The position numbers and the translations under genes were made by a program. This document shows, one piece after another, positions 27,177-36,672 of a stretch of DNA of 64,000 bases (its first letter is position 1; every line of letters begins with the position of its first letter). Source of the DNA: a virus. Its lineage: Duplodnaviria; Caudoviricetes. The notes under the pieces were generated by a model that searched no databases, was not told where the DNA came from, and saw only the letters and a list, made by a program, of their open reading frames with translations. Where the stretch lies: the IMG/VR virus record IMGVR_UViG_3300027971_000001; one strand, written 5' to 3'.

Positions 27177-28171
27177 ATGATTCTATAGTTTGTATGGGAC
27201 AGGTCAGTAATATTATACCCTCCTGAATAGGAAATGCTACTCTGCAAATCCTGTTCTATTTCTGAAAGCATTTGCAGATACGTTTTTCCATTTTCTTCAA
27301 CTAAAATGGTTGTGCCTTCTATGTTTTCAACAGAAAGATTATTGATAACTTTATTCTCATAACTGGCAGAACCGAAATATTTTTTATATATATTAAATTT
27401 TTTGAATTCTGGATCACTTTTTGAATCTGTAACAGGATATTCAACAATTGTATCGGCTGGACTATCTGAGCATGCAGCAAACATGCTTCCTATCATATTG
27501 ATAGTCGAACCTGCCACAATACTTTTGGCAATGTCTCCATGACAACGAACACCACCATCCGCCATAATTGGAATATCTATTTCTGCGCATTCCTGTATAC
27601 AAGTGAAAACAGGAAGAGTAAATCCTGTTTTATCTTTGGTTATACAAGCTTTTCCTGTTCCAATCGCAACCTTTACCATATCCGCACCCCAATCTTTAAG
27701 ATCTTGTGTTCCTTCTTTTGTTGTTACGTTTCCTGCAATAACGAATGTATCAGGAAAATCTCTTTTAATCTTTTTTATAGCTTCTTTTACTAGCAGATGA
27801 TGTCCATGGGCCACATCAATAAGAATAGAATCCACTTTAAGATTCTGTTCTTTTAACTGATCAAGAATTTTATCACACTTTTCCCTTACACCTACCGAAA
27901 TAGAGATGAACTTCCAATTTTCCTCATTTGCCCTTTTCACAAAACCAAGAGTATCACCAAATCTGTGCATCACATAAAAATACATATTTTCAGACAGTAG
28001 CTTTCCCAAGTCTTCATTGATGGTGCAAACCATATTTGAAGGGCTTACCGGCAACTTAAAAACATTATTTCCAATACAAACCTTTGTATCTGCACCTTTT
28101 CGGGTTTCCAATTCACTATACTTTGGAATTAAAACCACATCTTCAAACCCTAATGCTTTTTCAGTTTTCAT
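27173..28171 (-). CDS. guaC: GMP reductase (type 2)
   Basis: YVMHRF, IDVAHGH, GKACITK, ADGGVRCHGDIAKS, YFGSAS, EQDLQSSISYSGG; no CBS domains. Confidence 0.92.
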   Translation of the reverse strand: MKTEKALGFEDVVLIPKYSELETRKGADTKVCIGNNVFKLPVSPSNMVCTINEDLGKLLSENMYFYVMHRFGDTLGFVKRANEENWKFISISVGVREKCDKILDQLKEQNLKVDSILIDVAHGHHLLVKEAIKKIKRDFPDTFVIAGNVTTKEGTQDLKDWGADMVKVAIGTGKACITKDKTGFTLPVFTCIQECAEIDIPIMADGGVRCHGDIAKSIVAGSTINMIGSMFAACSDSPADTIVEYPVTDSKSDPEFKKFNIYKKYFGSASYENKVINNLSVENIEGTTILVEENGKTYLQMLSEIEQDLQSSISYSGGYNITDLSHTNYRII

Positions 28172-28947
28172 CGACGGCTATTATAATAATCAGTTAGCAA
28201 TTGTAAAGAGTTATCTGATATTTTAACTTTATCTTTCAAGCGTTCTAAGTTTCTGGCTTCTGTATTTCTTCCCAAAATGTTATAATTTATAAAAAAAGAA
28301 GTGTCTGTTATGTATCGGCTTGCTCTATTATTTTCAAATTTATGTTTAAGATAATGTTCAGCATTCCATATGTCAGGATAATTGAAATAATTGCTATCAA
28401 AAATTTCACGCAATCTTTGATGGGAACAAACAAAACAGGAATCATCAAAACCCCAAAGTCCACTGTCCCGAAAGTCAAAGGTGTCTGTATCATAAAGTTT
28501 AAATGATTCTGTTTTATATAACACATTTCTATGCTTCTCGGTCCATTTACCCTTTTCCACAAGATATTCGATTTTGTATGAAAGATTGATCATTTCATAA
28601 TCGGTATTGAAAACCATATTTTTCAAATCATCCCGGTTTTGTTCTGTTGCTTCATAAGAAAAAGTATCGTCCTGATAAAAGAAAAATTTGTTAATTTGTT
28701 TGCTTTCCAGAAAATTCATCAGGTAACGAATACAATCGCAATAGGTATTATTACTAAAAACAAATAAAGTGGAATTCTTTAGTATCTTGTTGTTCAAAAC
28801 ATAATTTTTAACCTCATCAGAAGGATTATGAAGCGATATGATGTTCATATCAAAATTAGAAATGAAGTCCTGAAAATACCTATCCTCTGCCCTTATCTTA
28901 AGCAAAGGCAAACGATCACCGTATGTTTGAAAAAAAGATACGTTCAC
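28168..28947 (-). CDS. Putative glycosyltransferase-like protein (GT-A-like)
   Basis: FFFYQDD acidic motif; glyco-island context. Confidence 0.45.
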   Translation of the reverse strand: MNVSFFQTYGDRLPLLKIRAEDRYFQDFISNFDMNIISLHNPSDEVKNYVLNNKILKNSTLFVFSNNTYCDCIRYLMNFLESKQINKFFFYQDDTFSYEATEQNRDDLKNMVFNTDYEMINLSYKIEYLVEKGKWTEKHRNVLYKTESFKLYDTDTFDFRDSGLWGFDDSCFVCSHQRLREIFDSNYFNYPDIWNAEHYLKHKFENNRASRYITDTSFFINYNILGRNTEARNLERLKDKVKISDNSLQLLTDYYNSRR

Positions 28948-29870
28948 CCTGCGCTTTTTTTAATATTATCTGCTGCTGCTATTGCCACGTTGCTGTCATT
29001 CTGTTCCAAGTGTCGCATGTTTGTTGGATTGAATCCTCGTTCCATGGGATAATCCCCAGGATATTCCAGCATGAATGTGGCATCAATATTATGCAAAGGA
29101 ATGTCTCTCATGGTATTTCTTACATGATGATCTACATAAAACTCGGTGGATTCATCATTTCCTGCTAGCTTTGCATAGTCCTCTACCAAATTAAACATTT
29201 CACAATAACGACGCATCACTTCATGATTACCCATGGCAAATCGGTCATTTAATTTTCCATCCCGAGATACCGTAGAAAGATAATGTTGAGGTGTTAATAA
29301 TACATTCTGTTTTGCTACAAACTCCAAATCAGCATCCTGAAGACAATCAAACCAAAATTCATCTGGTCTTCCTCGCACAATCACATCATACTGAAAACCA
29401 TTCTTCTTTTCATATTCTTCAATAAGATCATAACATCCTTTTATATTATAAAGTTGTCCCAAAACATGATCGGCCACTTCCATTCCCCAACCATGACTTA
29501 CATGAACTGGATACTTGTGGTGCATCACTTCCGGAACCGGTATCTTGATTTTGCTACGATCCTGAATGTTAAATGCTCTAATATTGTGATATCCCATGAC
29601 AGTTTCTGAATCTTTTTCAATACCATCTTTGCTACACCATCCATGAACAAAAACATCTGCTTTGATTGGATCGATCATGAATTTGTTGGCCCATTCCTGA
29701 GTTATCGCAAAATTCCGTAGTCCACCCGATAAAAGAACTGCAATTTTAAGGTTGGTTTTGGTTTCTGGAACATTTATTTTAAAAAACTCCCTATTAACAA
29801 ATTGATAAACATATCGCATTCTGCTTCGGGTTGCATGCCGGACTTGATCCTGCATTTGTTCGGGTGTCAT
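28944..29870 (-). CDS. Putative glycosyltransferase-like protein
   Basis: IAVLLSGGLR...DVFVHGW...YDVIVRGRPD...NDRFAMG, a pattern common in viral glyco-clusters. Confidence 0.6.
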   Translation of the reverse strand: MTPEQMQDQVRHATRSRMRYVYQFVNREFFKINVPETKTNLKIAVLLSGGLRNFAITQEWANKFMIDPIKADVFVHGWCSKDGIEKDSETVMGYHNIRAFNIQDRSKIKIPVPEVMHHKYPVHVSHGWGMEVADHVLGQLYNIKGCYDLIEEYEKKNGFQYDVIVRGRPDEFWFDCLQDADLEFVAKQNVLLTPQHYLSTVSRDGKLNDRFAMGNHEVMRRYCEMFNLVEDYAKLAGNDESTEFYVDHHVRNTMRDIPLHNIDATFMLEYPGDYPMERGFNPTNMRHLEQNDSNVAIAAADNIKKSAG

Positions 29871-29942
29871 ATGCTTATCTTACGATGAAAGATAATTTTT
29901 CAACAATAGTTGAATTATAAAAACAAATGATTAATTAGATTC
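29871..29942. promoter_or_regulatory. Divergent sigma70-like promoter pair
   Basis: Minus: TTGAAA(29898-29903)-N15-TAAGAT(29877-29882)-N6-ATG(29870). Plus: TTGAAT(29910-29915) with a weaker -10 before ATG 29943. Confidence 0.55.
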
Positions 29943-30578
29943 ATGGATGTAAACTTTATTGTTACTTGCTATAATCGGGAAAATTATTGGCCATATTTGA
30001 AAGAAATCATTAATTCTTACAAAATAATCAAACCCCATATCGCTTATTGTTATAATGGAGTAAACCAGGATGAGGTTTGTGATTTTCGTTGTGGAAATCG
30101 GGGACATATTGAAGGGGACACCGACATGATGATTGGAGGATACAATCTTTTAAAAGATAATGGAGTTAAGAATTGGATCAAATTGAGTGTAGATAGCTGG
30201 CTTCTTGATGAAGAAAAGGTTTTGGATATTCTTAAATTGATGGAAGAAAAGGATTATGTTTATGCGGGATGTCGTTGGACTGGTGATCCGTGGTTCAGTA
30301 CTGATGTTTTCTTTGCCAGAGAAAACGATTTTCATTTCATGCATAAATTCACAAAATGGGCCATTCATTATATTGAAAAGGTTGATTACTCAATCGAAAG
30401 GTGTATTGCCGATCTTGCAAAACAAAGCGGAAAGTATTACATGATTCCAGAACGTGATCCAGTTCCAGGAAATCATGGTACCCGTTATGTTGTGGAAAAG
30501 CTAGGATGGGCCATGTACCACGAACTTGATAAGAATCTGAAGATGTGGGAAGATTACAAGAAATCTAAAGTTTTGTAA
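29943..30578 (+). CDS. Putative glycosyltransferase-like protein (GT-A-like)
   Basis: FIVTCYNRE N-terminus and LSVDSW; only plus-strand gene in the island. Confidence 0.5.
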   Translation: MDVNFIVTCYNRENYWPYLKEIINSYKIIKPHIAYCYNGVNQDEVCDFRCGNRGHIEGDTDMMIGGYNLLKDNGVKNWIKLSVDSWLLDEEKVLDILKLMEEKDYVYAGCRWTGDPWFSTDVFFARENDFHFMHKFTKWAIHYIEKVDYSIERCIADLAKQSGKYYMIPERDPVPGNHGTRYVVEKLGWAMYHELDKNLKMWEDYKKSKVL

Positions 30579-31003
30579 TTTTCTATAATATCTGAACAGA
30601 TACCAGCGCATCCTGAAACAAAATCATTATTAAGCTCGGGCATTACTGAAATACTGTTTTTAACAGGTTGTTTTCCGGGATAAACCCAAATATATCCATG
30701 GCTTGTAAGAGTCATGGTATCATTTTCATGCCAAAAATAATTAAGCTCTTTGTGTTTCTGCATTAATTCTATTGAAGCAACGTCTTTGCAATGCACCCAA
30801 ACATGTTCTTTTCTTTCTTTAAGCCAATTTAATCCCACAGGATAAACCGGATTGTCATGGCCAAGATGAACGATTCCTTCTATTGTATGAACGTCTATTT
30901 CACAATCATATCCATTTTTTAATACATTATCGATAACATGCGGATTGTTTTCCGTTTCGGAATTCTTTCCGTTTAGATTACCTCGATGCGATATAAGAAT
31001 CAT
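30554..31003 (-). CDS. Glycerophosphodiester phosphodiesterase-like protein
   Basis: ISHRGN, EN, DCEIDV, LGHD, WVHCK, ICSD. Confidence 0.75.
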   Translation of the reverse strand: MILISHRGNLNGKNSETENNPHVIDNVLKNGYDCEIDVHTIEGIVHLGHDNPVYPVGLNWLKERKEHVWVHCKDVASIELMQKHKELNYFWHENDTMTLTSHGYIWVYPGKQPVKNSISVMPELNNDFVSGCAGICSDIIENYKTLDFL

Positions 31004-32376
31004 TCTGGACGATTTTTAAGATAATAATCCAAATCTTCAGGTGTGCCCAATCCCCACATCTTTTCAATATTGAATACTTTTATCTTTTTATTGTCTTCTA
31101 TTGCCTGGTTGAATACTGGACAAACATAAAATTCATTATTGACCCGGATATTTTTATGTATCATTTGTTCTGCATATTTGACATAATCAGAACCTTTTTT
31201 CCAATAATAAACACCCACAGTTGCAATATTACTGATTGGATTTTTCTCGGCCACTTCACAAACAAATCCATCATCATTCACCTTGGCATAACTCCATTTA
31301 GGATGGGTAGAATTAAAAGTCAGTATTCCTGCATCAATATCATCTGCAATCATAGAATACATGAATTCGTTGCTGTCCCATTCAATAAACTGATCAGAAT
31401 TGGCTATAATGAGGCTTTTATCATCGTTAAAATACTCTTTAGCGAGAAGAGTGGTACAAGCAGCACCCTCAGTGATTCCTTCTGTTTGTACAATCTTACA
31501 ATTAGGAGATATTATATTTAAAAGATTTTTTAAATTATATTTTTCATAATGTTCCTTTTGTACTATGAAAACATGTTCTGCATCAATATTCAAGTTTTCA
31601 ATAACAACCTGAATCATGGGCTTTCCTCGCACCTCAATAAGAGGTTTCGGGAATGTATAGCCTGCTTTTTCAAATCTGGATCCTGCTCCTGCCATTGGAA
31701 TCAGAACCCTAACATCTCCTCGACCTTGCCATTTTGGTTTAATCATATGTGTTTCCTTTCGGTTAATGAATTCTTTTAATTTATCATAATTGAGATCAGA
31801 ACTATTTTTTACTGGAAAAAGATATGCTCCAGATCTTTGTGCTGCTTTTCTTCCTATGTGTGAATCTTCAATGATAACAGTTTCATCCGGACTTGCATGA
31901 CACGCCAGCATAGCCCTTAGATACATTTCTGCACTAGGTTTTGGATTGTTTACGTCTTCATTTGAAAACAAATAATCAATATATTCAAAAAAACCTTTTC
32001 TTAAAAGCTGAATCTTGGCTGTTTCTCTTATTGAATTGGTGCAACAGCATATTTTCTTACCATCTTTTTTTATTTTAAATAAAATATCCTTTATGCGTTC
32101 ATCTTCTTTGAAATTGTTTATAATTTCTGTTGTATATTTTTGCTTTAATTGCCATATTTTTTTATGCAGTTCGATTGGTAGATTCTTTTTCTCAGAAAGA
32201 ATATTCAGCTTTTTAGTTGTGCTAAGACCATCATATGTGGAAAGATGCTCTTCTTTTGATATTATATATTTTGTATCAATCTGCTCCAAAGCTTTATTAA
32301 GTGACAAAAAATGCAGTTCTCTTGAGTCCACAAGAACACCGTCCAGATCAAATATAACCAATTTGATTTGGCTCAT
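31000..32376 (-). CDS. Fusion: HAD phosphatase + sugar-phosphate nucleotidyltransferase
   Basis: N-terminal FDLDGVLVDS, KP, IIEDS; C-terminal IPMAGAGSRF...PKPLI, IANSDQ, WGLGTPEDL. Confidence 0.88.
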   Translation of the reverse strand: MSQIKLVIFDLDGVLVDSRELHFLSLNKALEQIDTKYIISKEEHLSTYDGLSTTKKLNILSEKKNLPIELHKKIWQLKQKYTTEIINNFKEDERIKDILFKIKKDGKKICCCTNSIRETAKIQLLRKGFFEYIDYLFSNEDVNNPKPSAEMYLRAMLACHASPDETVIIEDSHIGRKAAQRSGAYLFPVKNSSDLNYDKLKEFINRKETHMIKPKWQGRGDVRVLIPMAGAGSRFEKAGYTFPKPLIEVRGKPMIQVVIENLNIDAEHVFIVQKEHYEKYNLKNLLNIISPNCKIVQTEGITEGAACTTLLAKEYFNDDKSLIIANSDQFIEWDSNEFMYSMIADDIDAGILTFNSTHPKWSYAKVNDDGFVCEVAEKNPISNIATVGVYYWKKGSDYVKYAEQMIHKNIRVNNEFYVCPVFNQAIEDNKKIKVFNIEKMWGLGTPEDLDYYLKNRPE

Positions 32377-33110
32377 AAATTAGGTGTTGTCACTCCCTGG
32401 TGTTGGGCCACTTCTGAAGCACAAATATTTGCAAATTCTATGGATTTTTCAATATCATTTGATTTGATATATTCCACAACTAGTCCTGATAAGAACGTAT
32501 CTCCGCATCCAGAGGTGTCTTTTACTTCGATTCTTTTTGTAGGATATACTTTTCCATTATAAACACAACCATCTCCTCCTTTTGTGCGTATGATTTTCTT
32601 TTCCAACTCTGGAGTTATGGTTTCTTTGCTTCTTTCATATTCGTAATTGTTTATTTTTATAAATTTTGCTTTATTTGCCCATGAACCAAGTTTCTTTTTT
32701 GTGTCAATAAAAACATTTGGATGCCAAAAGCATATGCTTTCAATATCACTTTCTTTTAAAAATCCCTTGTTGTAATCAGAAATAACAATCAACTTATAAT
32801 CATATCGAAGTAAAGATGTATCTACTCTGTCAATGTTGTGGTCAGTATCAACTCGCATGAACATGTGATTAGTTTGTTCGTGTACATATCTTGTTTTAGT
32901 AACATATGGCCAATTTGTATTTGTGATAATATCACAATCACCACCCAAAGACACAATATTTCTCTGGACATTTTTTGCCATTCCTTCATTTTCTTTTTGA
33001 TGAAGAACTTTTAACGCCGGAACAGGAATATCGGGACACAAACGAGTACAATCACAATAAACAAAAATGTCCCTACAACTTTCACCGATGATGAGAATAT
33101 CTTTGTTCAT
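32373..33110 (-). CDS. PfkB-family sugar kinase (HldE/RfaE kinase-like)
   Basis: GMAKNV, SDYNKG, KIN..E, DTSGCGDTF. Confidence 0.85.
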   Translation of the reverse strand: MNKDILIIGESCRDIFVYCDCTRLCPDIPVPALKVLHQKENEGMAKNVQRNIVSLGGDCDIITNTNWPYVTKTRYVHEQTNHMFMRVDTDHNIDRVDTSLLRYDYKLIVISDYNKGFLKESDIESICFWHPNVFIDTKKKLGSWANKAKFIKINNYEYERSKETITPELEKKIIRTKGGDGCVYNGKVYPTKRIEVKDTSGCGDTFLSGLVVEYIKSNDIEKSIEFANICASEVAQHQGVTTPNL

Positions 33111-33115
33111 TCATT

Positions 33116-34300
33116 TCAAAAACAGCTTTTCTTTTCCACAATCATGCTGGGACGGTTAGAATTCATAGCATTTTTATATGCAACTATGGCTTCTTTACCG
33201 TTTGTGGGCACATAAATGGGGAAATCTACCATGTTTCTGAATCCTTCGGTGAAATCCTGTGAATGTGTAGGACCAGAATAAAAAGGTCCAGAATCTGCAA
33301 CCACAGATCGAAGAATCACTGGAACTTGATATTCTCCATGGGAAATTCTTTCAATATGATTCACATGATTCACAATGGCATCGGCAGCTACCATCATGAA
33401 ATCATGCCGCTCATAATAGATAACAGGCTTGAATCCTTCAAATGACATGCCAATTCCAAGACCAGTCATAAGATTTTCTGCTACTGGAGTTTCAATCTTT
33501 TGTGATTTATCGACATTTTTTAATGTTCCCATGGCATCACCATTGGTCACATTGTATCCAATAAACACTGAATTCATTTTTCCAATTTCTGTCATCATTT
33601 GATTGATGGCATCTTTGAACTTGATGTCTTCTGTTATATCAACTGAAGGAAGAACTTCTTTTGGAAGGGGTGGAAAATAATCATCATGAGTCTTTGTTTT
33701 AGTCTTACCCAAATTAATCATATCTTCTGTTCTGGCATGGGGCCATGTAATATTATAATAATATTTTCTAACACAAGGAAAGAAGGTTGGATCAAGAGCT
33801 TTGCCCCAACGCTCTGTTTTATCTGTGTTTACAGAACGATTGTTATCTTCAACTACAAATGTACAAGGCAAATCAAAACCATGAACATAACGGGCTGCTT
33901 CAAAAAGATGACCGGAATCCTCGGTTCCATCCCCTACAAAACACCATACCTTCTGTTTGGATCCTTTTCTTTTAAGAGCCAAAGCAATTCCTGCTGCAAT
34001 TGCAGCAGTTCCACCGATAATTGCTGAAGTAAAGAAGTTACGCTTACGATCATAAATGAACATGCTCCTTCCATTTTTAATACGATCTTCCAACACATCT
34101 GCAGGAACTCCATGTAAAAGTGCATGATAATGATTTCGGTGAGTAGCCAATACATAATCACCTTCTTTGATTTCTTTGAAAATATCCAGCAATTGTTCCT
34201 CGTTTCCTCCTGACAAATGAAACAGGAAAGGAAGCTGAGAGTCTCTGTAAAGATCCGCTATGCGGTTTTCAAAATTTAATAAATCATCTTTTGTAAGCAT
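33116..34300 (-). CDS. Fused TPP-dependent E1-alpha/E1-beta-like enzyme
   Basis: HLSGGNE, THRNH, GDG...EDNN TPP motif, then TPVAENLMTGLGIG and GPTHSQ of a beta-type domain; lacks the beta C-terminal domain. Confidence 0.85.
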   Translation of the reverse strand: MLTKDDLLNFENRIADLYRDSQLPFLFHLSGGNEEQLLDIFKEIKEGDYVLATHRNHYHALLHGVPADVLEDRIKNGRSMFIYDRKRNFFTSAIIGGTAAIAAGIALALKRKGSKQKVWCFVGDGTEDSGHLFEAARYVHGFDLPCTFVVEDNNRSVNTDKTERWGKALDPTFFPCVRKYYYNITWPHARTEDMINLGKTKTKTHDDYFPPLPKEVLPSVDITEDIKFKDAINQMMTEIGKMNSVFIGYNVTNGDAMGTLKNVDKSQKIETPVAENLMTGLGIGMSFEGFKPVIYYERHDFMMVAADAIVNHVNHIERISHGEYQVPVILRSVVADSGPFYSGPTHSQDFTEGFRNMVDFPIYVPTNGKEAIVAYKNAMNSNRPSMIVEKKSCF

Positions 34301-34313
34301 AAAAACTATTTTA

Positions 34314-35315
34314 TCAGGGACAAATCATAATTCTACCGGCTTTTCCATTTTTTACCAAATCTATGGCTTTGTTAACATCGTCCAGACTGAAATGGTGTGT
34401 TATCATTTTTTCAAAATTAATCTTTCTTTTATTATATAAATTAACATATCGAGGAAAATCTTCACTGGGATTCACATTCCCGCCCTGTGTGGAACGAATA
34501 ATTTGACCATTTCCTGCAAAGAAATTGGTTGGGTTCTTTATTTCCAAATTATTGTGCTTGCTAGGTTGGCTAACAATTATGCATCTTCCTCTGTTGGATA
34601 GTAAAGGCAAATAGTGGGAAACTACATTCATGTTTCCTGTTGTGTCAACAATACAATCTATTTTTTCATGAATTTGGTTTGATCCTTCAACAAATCGGGC
34701 TCCTAGTTCTTCTACCATGTTTTGTTTTTCATTCGAAATGTCCACCCCATAAATGTTTCCGGAACCTGCTAAATTTGATGCCATAATGATATTAAGACCC
34801 ACACCCCCGCAACCAATTACAAGAACAGTCTCCCCAAACTTTATGTTGGCATCATAATTAACAATTCCAAGTGCGGTACTCAGTCCACATCCCAGTAAAG
34901 CACAAAATTCATCTGGAATATTCTGAGGAACCGGTGTAAGCCGATTTTCTGACACGATGCTTTTTTCACTCAATGTGGTTATTTTTCCACTACTGATCTT
35001 TCTTCCATCGTAAATGTATTCCGGAAAAGGGGATTCAATACCTTCTCCTTTTTTCCAATGCAATATAACTTTGTCTCCGACTTTTACCCGAGTAACCCCT
35101 TCTCCAACACATTCCACAATTCCACACCCTTCATGCCCCAAAAGATGCGGAACAAATTTGGCATTTCCTTTTTGTCCGGCAATTTCCTGAAGTTGAGCAC
35201 CACAAACCCCACTAACAATTATTTTTACAGCGACCTGACCAAATTTGATTTCAGTAAGGGCAACATCCGCCACCACCAGCGGATGGTCAATTTTTTCCAA
35301 TATAGCCGCTTTCAT
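34314..35315 (-). CDS. Zn-dependent alcohol dehydrogenase (MDR)
   Basis: GVCG, LGHEGCG, ALLGCG, GCGGVG. Confidence 0.9.
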   Translation of the reverse strand: MKAAILEKIDHPLVVADVALTEIKFGQVAVKIIVSGVCGAQLQEIAGQKGNAKFVPHLLGHEGCGIVECVGEGVTRVKVGDKVILHWKKGEGIESPFPEYIYDGRKISSGKITTLSEKSIVSENRLTPVPQNIPDEFCALLGCGLSTALGIVNYDANIKFGETVLVIGCGGVGLNIIMASNLAGSGNIYGVDISNEKQNMVEELGARFVEGSNQIHEKIDCIVDTTGNMNVVSHYLPLLSNRGRCIIVSQPSKHNNLEIKNPTNFFAGNGQIIRSTQGGNVNPSEDFPRYVNLYNKRKINFEKMITHHFSLDDVNKAIDLVKNGKAGRIMICP

Positions 35316-36037
35316 TTCTTTTTGCCTATATAAATTAATGTTGCATAATGTGCTTTTTCTTCCCCGGCATATCTAATTCTTCCTTCCTGACGACTTAAAA
35401 CTTTTTCTGAGATAATTTCATATTTTGATAAAAAAGGTTTAATATCGTTATAATCAAACCGAATAGGATGCATCATTCCATTTGGATCATCTTTAGGTGT
35501 TCCTTCAAAATCTTCCTGATTCGTAAGATCATTACCCAAAATAAGAACTCCACCCTTTTTAAGATTATTATATATTGATTCCATGCATTTGGGCATGCTA
35601 TAAACATGATCCAATACATTAATACAAACAATCATATCCACTGGTTCTTTTAAAATCCATTCTTCAAGAGGCTTGGAACTGAGCTTTGCTTGCACTTCCA
35701 TGGCAAAATTAGAAACAGGTCGTCCCATGTTTACATATTCTTTCAACAAAGGATCACTTAAAAAATATTTGGTTGGTTTTGTTTGTAATGCTTGAATCAC
35801 ATATTGTATGTTTTTTGCAATTGGACCACAACCAACTTCAGCAATTGAATCAATTTTTTCATTTGCAATTGCAGAAAAATGATCAAATTTCATTTTCCAC
35901 CACATGTTCCAATCATCGTCAATATTATTGGCTTCCCATAATTTAAGTTCCATTTTCTGGGATTCATTTGCCCAAGCTTCTTTGGGTATTTCCTGATATC
36001 TTTCAGTTATATTCATTTTGCATATAACATTCCCCAT
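35312..36037 (-). CDS. Class I SAM-dependent methyltransferase
   Basis: AEVGCGP motif I, DMIVCINVLDHV, LKKGGVL. Confidence 0.85.
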   Translation of the reverse strand: MGNVICKMNITERYQEIPKEAWANESQKMELKLWEANNIDDDWNMWWKMKFDHFSAIANEKIDSIAEVGCGPIAKNIQYVIQALQTKPTKYFLSDPLLKEYVNMGRPVSNFAMEVQAKLSSKPLEEWILKEPVDMIVCINVLDHVYSMPKCMESIYNNLKKGGVLILGNDLTNQEDFEGTPKDDPNGMMHPIRFDYNDIKPFLSKYEIISEKVLSRQEGRIRYAGEEKAHYATLIYIGKKK

Positions 36038-36672
36038 CGCTTTTTACGCTCTGGTTCAATGTCCTCATCTTTTATAAGATCATTCCAGGTTTTATATTCT
36101 AAAGCCGGATTGAATTCTTGTATTGTTTCGTTTGTTCCTTCCCAATGACTGTCATTGGAAAACATGTTATAGCCAAGTTTTCTTAATATTTCAACACATT
36201 TTAATGTATCTTGGAAAAATTCCTCACACCATTCCAAAAGAACTGTTCCGCATTTTTGTGATAATCCACTCAACGCAATAGATTCGGCACCTTCAATATC
36301 CAATTTTATAATATCCGGAACACCATAAACACTTATCATTTTGTCCAAAGTTGTGGATCTTACTTTTATTTCCCGTTTTGTTTGCTGAAAATAATGATTA
36401 TGCCGTATTTTTTCAATCCAATTTGGGTTTATTGAATTGATGCCTGGATTGCAATCACATATGAAAAGGGATACATCTTGTTTGTAAACATCTGAAACAA
36501 CACCATGCACATACTCAACATTAGGCAGAGGATTTCTATCAAACATTTCTTTGTAAGTAGGATGACCATCCACACCTATGATTTTTGCATTTGGATATAT
36601 TCCTAGTATGCACCGGGAAAAATTGCCCACATTATATCCAATATCAAAAACAAGAGGAGGTTTATCGCTCAT
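36013..36672 (-). CDS. FkbM-family methyltransferase
   Basis: VFDIGYNVG, TLD, PDIIKLDIEGAE. Confidence 0.88.
   Translation of the reverse strand: MSDKPPLVFDIGYNVGNFSRCILGIYPNAKIIGVDGHPTYKEMFDRNPLPNVEYVHGVVSDVYKQDVSLFICDCNPGINSINPNWIEKIRHNHYFQQTKREIKVRSTTLDKMISVYGVPDIIKLDIEGAESIALSGLSQKCGTVLLEWCEEFFQDTLKCVEILRKLGYNMFSNDSHWEGTNETIQEFNPALEYKTWNDLIKDEDIEPERKKRWGMLYAK

Noticed and set aside
27173-28171. IMP dehydrogenase (guaB)
   Set aside because: No CBS domains; YVMHRF, GKACITK and EQDLQSSISY match type 2 GMP reductase.
33116-34300. Pyruvate dehydrogenase as a central-metabolism AMG
   Set aside because: No E2/E3 genes, truncated beta part, and embedded among sugar-modifying genes; a sugar-tailoring role fits better.
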